From Mayamaea pseudoterrestris (taxonomy: Eukaryota), in contig BROI01000004.1 in NCBI GenBank assembly GCA_027923505.1, forward strand, positions 992,001 to 1,056,000: 64,000 nt of DNA, in the 5' to 3' direction. A program made the translations under genes and the position numbers. This document shows, piece after piece, positions 42,673 to 54,012 of the stretch. Numbering within the stretch: the stretch's first letter is position 1; every line of letters starts with the position of its first letter. The notes beneath the pieces were generated by a model. That model ran no database searches. It had not been told where the DNA came from and was given only the letters and a program-made list of their open reading frames with translations.

Positions 42673-44921
42673 TTATAATTCAGCTATTGCTTGCTCCATT
42701 TCTGCGTCTTGCTGCGTCGCCGGCGCCGTACTCGTGTCCTTGGTTTTCCGTCCTTCCTTATACTGCGGCCGTACACCCCTTGCAATAGGACCTGGATAAG
42801 TAAAGCGCTCAGAGGTGCGAAAAAGTTTGTTCAAGTATCCAATACGGCTAGGATGGCAAATAGCATTGTTGCCTAGCGGTCGGAGGGTGTCCATTGCCAT
42901 TTGACAGCACTGAAGGAAGCTTTTGGCTCGAAAGGTCATGTGCTCGCGAGCATTAATGTACGTTTGCAAAAGCAGCTGAAGTCGGCACCGAATATAAAAC
43001 ACTTCCTCCTCGCTGCAGACGGTGCGTTCAGGGTCAGAAAACTCTATTAATGCTCGCCAACCATCAAACGTACTCAGTGCCGCACGAAACGTTTCAATGC
43101 GCCTGTCAAGAGTCTTTGACACATCTGCATCGTCTATCGTCGTACCAAACAAAAAACAAGCCTCGCTGCTGTTCCAAAATGTGACATTTTGGAATTCATT
43201 CAATACTTGTGGTGGTGGCAAGCGGGGTCGTTTCGCTGGGAGTGCACGGCCGTTGCCCTTTCTCTTTTCAGTATTAATCGTCACTTTTGCAGAAACGGCG
43301 GTTGCAGCATCTCGAGCAACGCTAGAAACTGGCGGCGGACCCGTGCCTACAATAGGCTTGCAAACACTCTCTTCATACGCTTCAACGTCTTTTATAAATT
43401 CGCTTTCAAGCTCGATGCGAGAAACCAGCCACTTGTTGACATGGTAGTATGTGACACCCTGGCATCGCTGACGATAGACGCCAATCGTATTTCGCTCGTC
43501 AAAGTAATCAATCTGTGCATTCAACCCTGGGTTGCGCGACAATGATCGACTAAATTCTCCCTTGTTGAAATTATTCAAATCAAAGCTTGCGTCCCGCAAC
43601 AGCATGGCCGATAGTGGTTGCAGCTTCTTGTAAACGGCGTTGAACCACGTTGACGCCGATATCCAACGACCTAGCAGTGGCGCTCCCAAAATCGAATCGT
43701 CGCGCACCTGCTGCAACGCTCTCCAAACAATTTCGCCCTTGGTTGGCGGGCTAGCCTTGCGCAATTGACTCGGCGCCATGATTGGTGTCACGACGTTGAC
43801 CACCGAGGTTCGTTGCGGCGGCGGAGGCGCTTTTTTAGGTTTTGCAACCGGCAACCGTTTCCGTTTCACGTTCCTGCCCGTGGGACGACGCGGCAATGCC
43901 GACGGCGCAAAGCCTCGTCCCTGCGCCAACGCCAATGGAGACGGACGCGAAGTCTTTTTGCAGCCGTATGATATAGCCAGGGAAAGTAAACCTTCATTTG
44001 CGCCTCCGTGTAGCCTCCCACTGGCGGAACTGCGGCACCCCAGTACGGAAAGGTTGGGTTTGACGCAACGTCAGCCCAGACTTTGGCAAGGTCTGCTACT
44101 CCTGACGCTGCCGCTTGAGTATTTTTACTTGTTGTGATGGTCGTTGTAAGTTGTGTTGTCACAATACCAGACTGATGCACTGCAGTTTCTACTGGCTCTT
44201 TTGTTTGATTCAAATCGACTGACTCCACCAGAGAGCTTGTTTTGGTAAACAGGTTAGCCTTTTCCGTAGCATTTGCAGCAGTGGAGCTTGTGTTCGATGA
44301 ACCATGTTTAGCAGCAGTCGAACCATTCGTAGTTAAAGCTGATTCTTTGTCATCAGCAACATCCGCAGCTTTCTCTACACTAGCCATTGCTTCTTCTGAC
44401 TTGCTACTCGTAGCAGCTTCTGCGTTACTTTCACCATGTAAATTGCAGTTACCCAATGATTCCTTCGCGACAGTCGAAGAAGCAGCAGTCGAATCGTTCG
44501 TCGAAGCTGAATCAATTTTGTCAGCGTGATCCGCAGCTTTCTCAAGATTCGCCATGGCTTCTTCTGACTGAGTAGCAGCTTCGTTAATTTCTACATGTAT
44601 ATTGCTAGTCTCCAATGATTTCTTCTCGCCGGTCACAGCTGCAGCAGCAGCAGTCGAATCGTTCATTGAAGCTAGTTCATGTTCGTCAGCATTATTCGCA
44701 GCTTTTTCACATCTCGCCATGGCTTTTTCTGACTGAGTAGCAGCTTGAGCGTTAATATCGTCGTGTAAATTGTTGCTAGTCTCCAATGATTTCTTCTCGG
44801 CGGTCGAAGCTGCTGCAGTGACTTTTTCTTGTGCAGCGCTAAATTCCTTGTCACAAGAATGCATCAGCTGATCCACTGGAAGAGAGTCCATTCTCAATCC
44901 CAAAGTTACAATGTTGTTCAA
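42673..44921 (-). CDS. hypothetical protein, probably one gene split by a 1-nt frameshift in the A5 run at 43955-43959; N-terminal repeats, C-terminal domain possibly transposase-derived
   Basis: Adding one A fuses ORF 43866..44921 to 42673..43935 (HTAAK-KTSRPSPLALAQG). Confidence 0.55.
44310..44800 (-). repeat. three ~165-170-bp coding repeats
   Basis: EKKSLETSN.H...AATQSE.AMA..EKAA..AD...AS.NDSTAA x3. Confidence 0.85.
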
Positions 44922-45120
44922 GAAAGGTGTGAATGGCGCAGCATTAGCTTGACAACAACAAGCGAAACAAACAACGAAGTGTGATGGAGCTGCTTGCTAA
45001 ATGATTACCGTTACGACGTTCTTTTTTTAGTACCTTTACGACGTGATCAATCGGCATCGCATTTTGATCGTCGTCACCATGGCCACAAGCCGATCAAGCG
45101 CTGCACAAAAAAGCCTTTCA

Positions 45121-46491
45121 ATGACAATGACAGCAAAACAGTTACTGTTTCTTCTTGGAATTCTCATAGTTCCTCCTACAATAGCCGTGACAAGAAGTCG
45201 CCGCCGCAAGAATAGTCATCCCGATCAACGCGACATTAAAATCATTAATGAGTCCAAAGTCAGAATTGACGTGAAATGGATCAATCCAAATACGCGTCAA
45301 CCAGCCGACTCGACCATTGGTCCGGACGGTCTCATTTACGGAGGTGAAACTGGATTGAACTCGTTCGCGGGTCATTCCTTCGTCGTGGAGGAATTGGCAA
45401 ACGCTAAAACGAAAAAGTGTCTGCACAAACTCTGTCGCAAGGCGTACTTTACGGTCAGCAAGCACGAGGATCAAGTCTACATTGTCAATGACAGGTTTCT
45501 GGTGGACGCGCAAGATAGTCATACCAAAGCGACGCAGCAAGCCAAGGAGGCGCTACAGAAATGCCAGTTACAAACTAACCGCAAGAGTCTAGTAACAGCG
45601 AGTCAAGACGAAACTCTCAATCCACTCGACTTGGATCAAATGTATGCTTGTTTGGAAGCCAGCATTAACGAAACCTTGACGGAAACGCAAAACGATATCG
45701 ACTTTCAGCGCAGCGTGCGCAAAGACATGGCCCGTCGCTTGGTGCCATACACGTGCGGCAGCGGCTTGCCCGGCACCAGAGAGCAAATCATATCAACGAC
45801 ACGCGCCTTGGTGAATACCACGTTCCAGTTTTACGATCAGGAGGCGACTCCGCCATATCGAGTCAGCAGCAACGTGCAAGTATTGTTTGAAACACCAAAC
45901 AGTGCGATACTGCTCGTGCAAGATTTTTGGACCGCGCAGGAATGTCGCGAGCTGATCCACGAGAGTCAGCCGGCGGTGCATTCCAGCAACGTGCCACTGG
46001 CGGCCAAGCGAACCAATCCAGTGGTCAAGCGAGCTGTACGAAAGCTGCAGGAGTTTGCCAAAATGTTTTTGAAAGGTTCTGTCTTTACGTATGAACATGA
46101 TCCAGTCGTTCGGTTATATACGTCATGGCCACTGGACAAGGACGACGACGAGTGTGACATGACAAACGACGGAACCTGTTTCGACAAGGACGTTCCGCAG
46201 CAAAATCAAGTCATTGTCAAGACTCCCTACAATCTACCAAGCGACGCGGCTACCATGCGCATCTTTTGCGAAGTCCCCAAGCAGGGCGGCGCCATTCACT
46301 TTCCGCAGGCAGGTGTGCACGTTCACTTGCCGGAATTAAAGGAAGGGTCGGCACTCTTTACCATGTATGCGGATCCACAGACGGGTCAACAAGACGAAGA
46401 ACTCTTTTTAAACGAAATGATAGAGTGTCCCGTTGTAGAGGGAACACTTGTGCAGGTTGTGGATCATTATCATATTGGTTGGTCGCGTTGA
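45121..46491 (+). CDS. secreted/ER prolyl-4-hydroxylase-like 2OG-Fe(II) oxygenase-fold protein, degenerate
   Basis: Hydrophobic N-terminus; VQDFWTAQEC, ATMRIFCEVPKQGGAIHFP, GSALF, CPVVEG. Start is inferred. Confidence 0.6.
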   Translation: MTMTAKQLLFLLGILIVPPTIAVTRSRRRKNSHPDQRDIKIINESKVRIDVKWINPNTRQPADSTIGPDGLIYGGETGLNSFAGHSFVVEELANAKTKKCLHKLCRKAYFTVSKHEDQVYIVNDRFLVDAQDSHTKATQQAKEALQKCQLQTNRKSLVTASQDETLNPLDLDQMYACLEASINETLTETQNDIDFQRSVRKDMARRLVPYTCGSGLPGTREQIISTTRALVNTTFQFYDQEATPPYRVSSNVQVLFETPNSAILLVQDFWTAQECRELIHESQPAVHSSNVPLAAKRTNPVVKRAVRKLQEFAKMFLKGSVFTYEHDPVVRLYTSWPLDKDDDECDMTNDGTCFDKDVPQQNQVIVKTPYNLPSDAATMRIFCEVPKQGGAIHFPQAGVHVHLPELKEGSALFTMYADPQTGQQDEELFLNEMIECPVVEGTLVQVVDHYHIGWSR

Positions 46492-46756
46492 TTGATGAGA
46501 CAAGATTGAATGAATAATATAACGAGGCGACAGAGACTACCGTAGTAGGTACGAGGACTATGTAACAATAAATACCCTACAAGCTTTTGTCATTACAATT
46601 AATGTATGCTAAGATGCGACTTTGTGCGTATTGCATTTTTACAACGACATCCTTCAAGGGAGGGTGAGTTTCTTGACGGGCGATTACAATGTCATACCTT
46701 TGCAGCCGTAGCAGCTATGTATCAGAGCAGTTATGACAATATTTTACTGCATGTCC

Positions 46757-48175
46757 TTATCTCTTCTCTCGCTTATCAGACATATCAACAGTTGTCTTGA
46801 TTGTTTCCAAGTCAGCCACTGCCGTCGCTGCTGCAACCAGTTCAGCCGCCTCGTCCATGCCTTGCTTTCCCTTGCTCTGTCCAATAGTGACTGGACAAGC
46901 TTTCTCCCCATCGGTCGACTTGCTCACAACAACCTCGTGCAGACAAAGTTCCTTGCCCTTTTCCCGAACGTTATGTATCCAATCCCAAACAGTCTTGGCC
47001 ACGAAATCATCCTTCTTTTCCTCGTCCCACTTTTTCGAATGCAGCAAGTAGAGCATTAAAAAGGTGGGAAGGTACCAAAGACTCGTCAGAAACACTTTGC
47101 GGGCGTTTTGGTTCGTTTTTTCACGTCGAAACCGATGCGCCACGTGCAGCGCGTACGCGTTCAAAGCGAGTCCCTCGAGCGCAAACATGCTGGACGTGGC
47201 GCCACACAACGTCGCAACAAAGGGCATGGCGGACAAGTACCACGCGTACTTGGTAATGAGTTGCGCCGTCTCTTGTCCATTCTCCTCCAAGCATGATACC
47301 ATTTGAAAGTTGCCTCGCTGGTAGTCGATGCGGTTGCAGTAGCTCAATGCGAAAAAGTGCGGAAGCTGCCACAAGTACAAGGTTCCTGCCAAAACGAGCG
47401 ACGCGGGGTCCAACATGCCGGCGCCACCCGTGGCGGCCGAATAGCCCATGACGGGCGGAATGGCGCCAACGACTGCGCCAACGTACGTGTTCAACGTGGA
47501 ATGCTTCTTCATGTAGGTATACACACCGGAATACAAGACAATGTTGCTGACACCAAGCGCCGTGGTGACTGGATCAGTTCCAATATACAGAAGCGATGTT
47601 CCAGAAACGGCCCATGCAATGGAGGCGTTCCTTGCTTGCTTTAACGTGAGTGCACCCGTCACGAGTGGCCGTTGCTGCGTTCGCTTCATGCGCGAGTCTT
47701 GCGACACTTCCAGCAACTGGTTCATGGCGGCCGCGCTGGCACTGCATAGACCCGTTCCAATGAGGCAGGCGCCAAGTACGTCCAGCTGCGACGATATGGG
47801 ACCTCCTGCGGCGAGGAACCCAGCCGCGGAAGTGGTCACGACGAGGGCTGATAGTCGGGCCTTGGCAAGGTCCAAGTAGGCGACGGAGCGTGACAAGGAT
47901 GACGAGGACTTTGCAGTTGAAGCGGAAGCGTGAGTACGCAATGGATCCGATGTTTCACTTGACTCATTTTCATTTTCAGAAGACTGGAGTAGCTCCTTTT
48001 CGTTCGACAATGGGTCTCGACTGCTGCTTGAGGACGAGGCGAACCATCGACGAGCCGAAATGCCAATTGAATCTGCATTTAATTTCGTTGGAATCTTTAT
48101 TCGATTATCATATCTAATGGTTCTAATCACTAGAAATGACTCCGTGCATCTTCGATTTCGTAAGAGCAACGCCAT
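46757..48175 (-). CDS. COX10: protoheme IX farnesyltransferase (heme O synthase), mitochondrial
   Basis: R/S-rich presequence; LAKARLSALVV, NQLLE..DSRMKRTQQRPL, VGAVVGAIPP, WQLPHF, DYQRG. Confidence 0.95.
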   Translation of the reverse strand: MALLLRNRRCTESFLVIRTIRYDNRIKIPTKLNADSIGISARRWFASSSSSSRDPLSNEKELLQSSENENESSETSDPLRTHASASTAKSSSSLSRSVAYLDLAKARLSALVVTTSAAGFLAAGGPISSQLDVLGACLIGTGLCSASAAAMNQLLEVSQDSRMKRTQQRPLVTGALTLKQARNASIAWAVSGTSLLYIGTDPVTTALGVSNIVLYSGVYTYMKKHSTLNTYVGAVVGAIPPVMGYSAATGGAGMLDPASLVLAGTLYLWQLPHFFALSYCNRIDYQRGNFQMVSCLEENGQETAQLITKYAWYLSAMPFVATLCGATSSMFALEGLALNAYALHVAHRFRREKTNQNARKVFLTSLWYLPTFLMLYLLHSKKWDEEKKDDFVAKTVWDWIHNVREKGKELCLHEVVVSKSTDGEKACPVTIGQSKGKQGMDEAAELVAAATAVADLETIKTTVDMSDKREKR

Positions 48176-48386
48176 GATGCCGTAAATCGTACATGGAGCT
48201 GCAAAAAGCGGTTCAAAATCTCATGGTGGCGGTGCAGCCCGCATCAGTCGTATGGAAAGACCCGGAGCTGTGAGTACCGATGCGAAACTAGTTTCAAACC
48301 GCAAAGGATCGCAGGCAACAGCGTAACTATAACCATCGCGGCGACTGATAGTACTGTACAACAACACTCACAGTAAACTGTATATT

Positions 48387-49664
48387 CTATTGAAAGAAAT
48401 CAAGTAGAGCACCCCATTCAAATGGATTCGATGGCCGATGCTGCCACCAATACCCGGGAGCATGTTGTCGCCAGGAAACCTCGCGCAACGCAAAGGTGGT
48501 TTCCAGCAATTCATTGTTGCCGTAAGCCCTGGCGTAAATGTTGACCAAGTCGCTCAAACACTTGGCCCGGCGACCGACAAAGCCACTCTTGGTGCTAATG
48601 CCGCCAAACAAACCTTGGTCGTAAATGCTTCCCTGGACGTAGATGGGTTTGGATGGCAGCTGCTGCTTGTTGTTACTTTGACTAGATTCATATTTCGTCA
48701 CATTGGCCACAAGCAGCGACATGGCGATATCCTCGCAGTTCATCTGTTCGTCAACATATTCCTTGATGTCGGCCAAATGCTGATTGGATGAGTAAACGTC
48801 CAAATAGCGACGATGCAGAAAGCTCGCCTTGGTGAGCACAAAATTGACGCGCTGCCGCAAAAACACAATGGGCCAGCAATGTTCAATGTATGTTGCAACG
48901 CCGCTTCCTCGTCTCGCCAAGCTCGCCAGTCGCGGATAGTAGCCAACCATGGAGTTTGGAAAAACCTTCCACGCCTCAAAACCTTGAGCAAGTGAGGCGC
49001 AGTCGACCTGCACGTCGTCGTCCACCATGAACAGTCCAGTAGTCTTCATGGCTGGTATAGGAAGGAACCGGCTGTTGAGCGAGTTTGGTACCTGTATGAA
49101 ATGTATCTGGGATTGATTATTATCTTCGATAATAGTTGTATGATTCGTTCCCTTGAGAGAGTGCGGCTTGCGTAAAAGTGCATATGGATCGTTCGGTGGC
49201 GGATTGTCTTGCTCGGCCCACACGACAAAGACATCCGAGACGCCGCTCCTTCTTCCACACTGCACTGCATAATGTTGAATCGCTTGCTGTAGCATTAACG
49301 GTCGCTTGTAAGTATTGATAACGACGGAAAAGGAAGACTCGTGAATGACATGATTGTCAGTAGCATCATGATTGGGCAAGCCGTATTTGCCAAAGATCGA
49401 GTCAATGATGGAAATGACTGTGAATGGAAAGCATATCGTGACTGCTATCACAAGAGCAGTCTTTCGTCTTGACGAACTTGCCGACCACCAGAGACGAATG
49501 TGATTGCAAATGGTTCGACGACGATGGCGAAATAACTTTGGAGTTGCAGCAGCAGCGCCGCTTTGCTTGTTGCTGCATCCATTCGATCGATCCGGCGACA
49601 ATGGCGCTGACGTTGCGGCTGCAGCAGCAGCCGAGGATCCTCTTCCTCGCAAAGAACTCATCAT
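48387..49664 (-). CDS. glycosyltransferase family 64 (EXTL2/EPC1-like), type II membrane
   Basis: VINTYKR, NSLNSRF, MVDDD, VGYYPR, VLTKASF, NCEDIAMS, RAKCL. Confidence 0.9.
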   Translation of the reverse strand: MMSSLRGRGSSAAAAAATSAPLSPDRSNGCSNKQSGAAAATPKLFRHRRRTICNHIRLWWSASSSRRKTALVIAVTICFPFTVISIIDSIFGKYGLPNHDATDNHVIHESSFSVVINTYKRPLMLQQAIQHYAVQCGRRSGVSDVFVVWAEQDNPPPNDPYALLRKPHSLKGTNHTTIIEDNNQSQIHFIQVPNSLNSRFLPIPAMKTTGLFMVDDDVQVDCASLAQGFEAWKVFPNSMVGYYPRLASLARRGSGVATYIEHCWPIVFLRQRVNFVLTKASFLHRRYLDVYSSNQHLADIKEYVDEQMNCEDIAMSLLVANVTKYESSQSNNKQQLPSKPIYVQGSIYDQGLFGGISTKSGFVGRRAKCLSDLVNIYARAYGNNELLETTFALREVSWRQHAPGYWWQHRPSNPFEWGALLDFFQ

Positions 49665-49873
49665 CGTTTCGATTTCGTGTAGAGTAGGGTAATTGGATCA
49701 GCAGTCAATAAAGAGTATAGTCAGACCTCTGCTTTGCGATGCTGATCAGTCGACTTTGTGATGCCAAATCCCATGGCCGCCTTGAATTTTGCAAGCAAAA
49801 ATGCACGTCGTACCGGTATCAAAGTCAGTACCGGTAAGATCTTTGAAAACTTCGAACGAATTCTTTTTCGACC

Positions 49874-51097
49874 ATGTCGAGAGTTGAAGACGACGACGGT
49901 CTCACTGTCAATGCGTTTGTCTCGATGAAGAGATACAACGATTGCAGTAATACTCGCTTCATTAAATATACAATCATCCTTAAAGCGGTTTTTAATAATC
50001 CATTAGCATCTGCATTTCTGCCACTACTCCGGCATCAGTCATCATCCACTTCATTTCAACTGCACTCTTCACATCACAAGATGCAATCTGCTACGGATGA
50101 AACGTTGAACAACATCCAAGACATTATTGGACAAGACGCTGGAAATCGCGGAATGAAGCATTTGATTGTTCCCGGCGATTTTGTCAAGGCATGTCGAACT
50201 TTGGCGCATCATCACCACCATGCCACCAACAACAATAATGCAGCAACTACCACTAATAACAGCATCACAACCGTCATTATACTTTCCGGTTTTCCCTGCT
50301 GCGTCGGTGAAACGCCGCCCACGGAGACGGACGGTCCACCCGGGGCCTGCGCCCTTTCGCTGGCGGCACTGGAGCTTGGCAGTCACGTTGTACTGGTGAC
50401 GGATGACTGCAACCGCGTCGTGTTTGAGGCTGCGGCGGAGCAACTGTTGCAAACGTATAAAGGTAAAATGACATTGGAAACGTTTCCGGTGGAAATGAAA
50501 GAGGCAGATATTGCTCGCATGCAAGCCTTGTCGAATACAGAAAATTCCTTGATGGTTGCGATTGAACGATCGGGTCCTGCGGCGGACGGTCAGTGCTATA
50601 CCATGAAGGGCATTGACATGAAGGAGCTGACTGCTCCCATTCACAATATTGTATTGAATCGAAGCAAAGATACGACATTCATTGCCATTGGCGACGGCGG
50701 CAACGAGCTCGGCATGGGCAAGGTCATTGACATGGTGCACAGACACATTCCAAACGGAGAGAAAGTTGGCTGCGTCGTCCAGGCCGACCTTTTGATCGCC
50801 GCCAGTGTTTCCAACTGGGGCGGGCATGCGCTGGCGGCGGGTGCGGCGCTGGTGCGGGCGGAGCAGGAGGCAATCGACAAGCATTTGGGTGAGGAAAATC
50901 GAACCATCTTTCTTGATGAATGGATGAAACGATGTTCGACAACTGAACAAAATGAGGTGGAGCTGCTCAATCGATGTGTTGAAAAATGCTGTCGGGATGG
51001 CGTCAGTGGGAAAGTAGAAGCAACTGTGGACGGCATGTCACTCGAAACTAGTTTGGAATGTCTGCGAGACATTCGAGCAGCGGCATCCAAGCGCTAG
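49874..51097 (+). CDS. DUF4392 / D-glutamate cyclase-like protein; start may be 50081
   Basis: SGFPC, ETDGPPGA, AIERSG..DG..YTMKG, IGDGGNELGMGK, SVSNWGG, DG..VDG. Confidence 0.8.
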   Translation: MSRVEDDDGLTVNAFVSMKRYNDCSNTRFIKYTIILKAVFNNPLASAFLPLLRHQSSSTSFQLHSSHHKMQSATDETLNNIQDIIGQDAGNRGMKHLIVPGDFVKACRTLAHHHHHATNNNNAATTTNNSITTVIILSGFPCCVGETPPTETDGPPGACALSLAALELGSHVVLVTDDCNRVVFEAAAEQLLQTYKGKMTLETFPVEMKEADIARMQALSNTENSLMVAIERSGPAADGQCYTMKGIDMKELTAPIHNIVLNRSKDTTFIAIGDGGNELGMGKVIDMVHRHIPNGEKVGCVVQADLLIAASVSNWGGHALAAGAALVRAEQEAIDKHLGEENRTIFLDEWMKRCSTTEQNEVELLNRCVEKCCRDGVSGKVEATVDGMSLETSLECLRDIRAAASKR

Positions 51098-51210
51098 TAA
51101 TTGTATAAAGAAGCGAAGTTAGAAGTTTGCTTGTAGTATATGTTTAATGATAAAAAAATTGCTTGAATTGTCTATTACCGTTCACGCCATTGTAGTTGCT
51201 ACTCGTCGCC

Positions 51211-52955
51211 TCATAGCCGATCAAGTACAATCAACAAATCAAGACGAAAAGTGTCCACCGCGCCTTCCGCCAAATCGAGCCTTCGAGGTATCATGGATGT
51301 TTCCCATGAGCCATTGCCCAGCTCAATCTCGAGAGCCAAAGGGATTGCCACGCCAGTGGATGAAGCTTCACTCATGCCTGTCAATGTCAACTCGAACCAG
51401 GCAACCGATGCGCTTTGCGCGATGAGAGTAACACTGCCACCTCCATCATCCCCTTGTCTCGGTTGCCAATTCTTTACTTCTATTGGTACCTTGCTTCCGC
51501 TTACCCCAAGCTCAATTATCTGTAATGTTGGGAGAGGGTGGCGAAAAGATGTCAATGTATTGAGATGAAATGTTGAAGTGTCACTAAAACACGTCTTTTG
51601 CCACCACTCACCGAATCTTCGCCCGATAATAGTTCCACAGTCGTCGACGGCTTCATATCTTTCAAAACATCAACATCTAGCTCTGCATCAACACCCGTAC
51701 TTGCCATGGAATGCAGTAGTAAATGCTCCATGGACTTGGACGTTTGCTCACTGTTTTCCCACGCCGGCTCGCCTTGATAGTCGGACGAAACGAACCGAAA
51801 GCGCAGTGACTCCAAATTTGGATTATCCACCGTCAGCAGCAGCGACACTGCTCCTGCCGCAAGGCTGCAACACTTGACGACCCTGACGCAAGGAATCACG
51901 TGAATGGCGCTAGCGTCCTGAAAATATCAAGCCAAGAAAAGAGCTTGTAAGTGCAAAGACACGAAGCGACGAAAAACTGATAATACATTAACATGGCATA
52001 CCTTTTTCATCCACTGCCCCACTCCGGTTCGCTGAGAGCTGTCTCCGTCCAATGGATCCAACTTTGGTTTAAGTAGAATGCCAGGTTTTCCTTCCTTTAG
52101 TTCCGCCCGACATCGTCGCCCCAGTCGCACGCGCAGTGGCGTCGGTAGTGGCAGCAAGGCGGAAATACGCAGAGGAAGTTGGCACGAGTTGATGGATTGC
52201 AACTGGAAACAATACTTTGGTAACGCATTGGTCAAATGTTCGTCTGGACCAACCGGGTTGTCGTCCGTCAATGATAGTCGTCGCATGCCAATGTCTGCAT
52301 GACGCGATTCGTGCTGAATGGCACTCAGCTTGTTTTTCGTTTCCTGAAGACTAGACTCTAGCGCGGCAAGTGACCACGGCTCCATGCGCGCCTTGTTTGT
52401 CAGCTGCTGCCAATCCACATTTTGTTCGTGATATTTTTTCAACGATTCAAAGTATGCTTCCAGTGGCTTGCTTGCGCTCTGTCGACGCTTCTTTAGATCC
52501 AGAAACAAATCTTCCGCCGATCGCGCCAACTCCAATCGATCCACATTGATAACGTCTCCCTCTTTGCCCACGTCTTCGATTTGCACCGGCACTTGCAAGT
52601 GACACTGTTGACTCGACCAGTGGCAGCGTCCACACTTGTAGACACACAAGCCATTCGTTTCACTTGTTTCAAAATCATTAACGACTGCATTCACAAGCGC
52701 CGAATGATTGCAGAGAGGACAGCGTTGACAAGTCGTCTTGGGGCAGTACGGAGAGCGACCAAGCGCCGCCTTGTCCTGCGGCGTCAAGCAGTTGGGACAG
52801 TAGGCACTCTCCGGCTCGGTGAATGTTGACAAGGGATAGCGGTCGACGGAACTGGACAAGCGACGCGATGCTGTCGCGTAGTAGCAGTGGGAGAGGGGTG
52901 CCGGATGACCAACCCAGTCAATGTAGAGGACGTGCGCTGCAGCAGATTCCGCCAT
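51211..52955 (-). CDS. DCTN4: dynactin subunit 4 (p62); exons 52955-52002, 51917-51612, 51519-51211
   Basis: YCPNCL..C..CPLC..YKCGRCHWSS; P.PTPLRVR..RRCR..GILLKP; two GT-AG introns restore the frame. Confidence 0.8.
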
Positions 52956-53138
52956 GGTGAGAAGAATAGTGAACGGATAGCGCGGGCGCCGCGAACCAAT
53001 GTCACGATTGTATCGTAGTGGTACTGAAAGATGCGTCAGCCGTCCATCCGACCGCGTCGGCCATGGCGCTTGCCGATCGAGTCACGTCGTCACAATTTCG
53101 ATCAAGAAACCACTGCAACACAATCACACACAGCAATC

Positions 53139-53609
53139 ATGAAACTGACAAGCCTACTACTCCCTCTCAGCCTATGCATTCCTTCAGCCGCCTTTGCGTC
53201 ATCACGAAGAGCGTTTTTAACGGCAGCCGCCGCTGGCAGCAGCTCACTCGTCGGTCGCAGTAATAGTCATGCATCATCATTACGAACTATCCGCCACATG
53301 ACGACAAGTCAGTCTCCGCAAGACTTTATCGAAAGCCAAATCAGTTCCAACAAGGTGACAGTCTTTAGCAAAACCTACTGTCCCTACTGCTCCAGCACCA
53401 AGTCGCTGCTGGACGAGCTCAAGGTGGAATACACTGCCGTCGAACTGGATAACTGCAACGATGGAGCCGCCGTGCAGCAAGCCTTGCTCGAAAAGACGGG
53501 GCAACGCACCGTGCCAAACACGTTCATTGGCGAAACGTGGATGGGAGGTAACGACAAGCTTCAAGCTGCCGCCAAGGCTGGCACGTTGCAGAAAATGTTG
53601 GGACTGTAA
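53139..53609 (+). CDS. dithiol glutaredoxin (CPYC) with signal/bipartite presequence
   Basis: FSKTYCPYC, TGQRTVPNTFI, GGND; N-terminus MKLTSLLL..SAA-F. Confidence 0.93.
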   Translation: MKLTSLLLPLSLCIPSAAFASSRRAFLTAAAAGSSSLVGRSNSHASSLRTIRHMTTSQSPQDFIESQISSNKVTVFSKTYCPYCSSTKSLLDELKVEYTAVELDNCNDGAAVQQALLEKTGQRTVPNTFIGETWMGGNDKLQAAAKAGTLQKMLGL

Positions 53610-54012
53610 ACAGCAGCAGTAACAGCTAATTTTGATAGTAATGCTCGCTTGTCTCACTTATATCCATGTTTCTATTTGTTGCGATAGAAAGATTGCTGGC
53701 TGGAATCACTCGCAAGTTAGTAAAAGCATTCTGACGGTATATAGATGCGACACTCGCACTGTCTCACCAGCACTCTTCAACTGAGTCACACCGAAAACGC
53801 TGATGACGCAGAATATCTTTCAGCCAATCAGATCACACGGAGTGACGCAAGCCTGAAACGCATCTGCGGCCGTGACAGCTCGTTGCCGGAGCCATCAATC
53901 CAAACACCCAGCAAGCTCGTGTGCGAATCGCCGGAGAGGATCATATCAATACATATCATACGGTCATTGTCTCGCTACATTTACATTACGCTGCAATCAC
54001 ATCATATATAAC

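Noticed and set aside
8143..48175. Heme gene cluster (CPOX, FIST, COX10)
   Set aside because: Spread over 40 kb among unrelated genes and targeted to different organelles.
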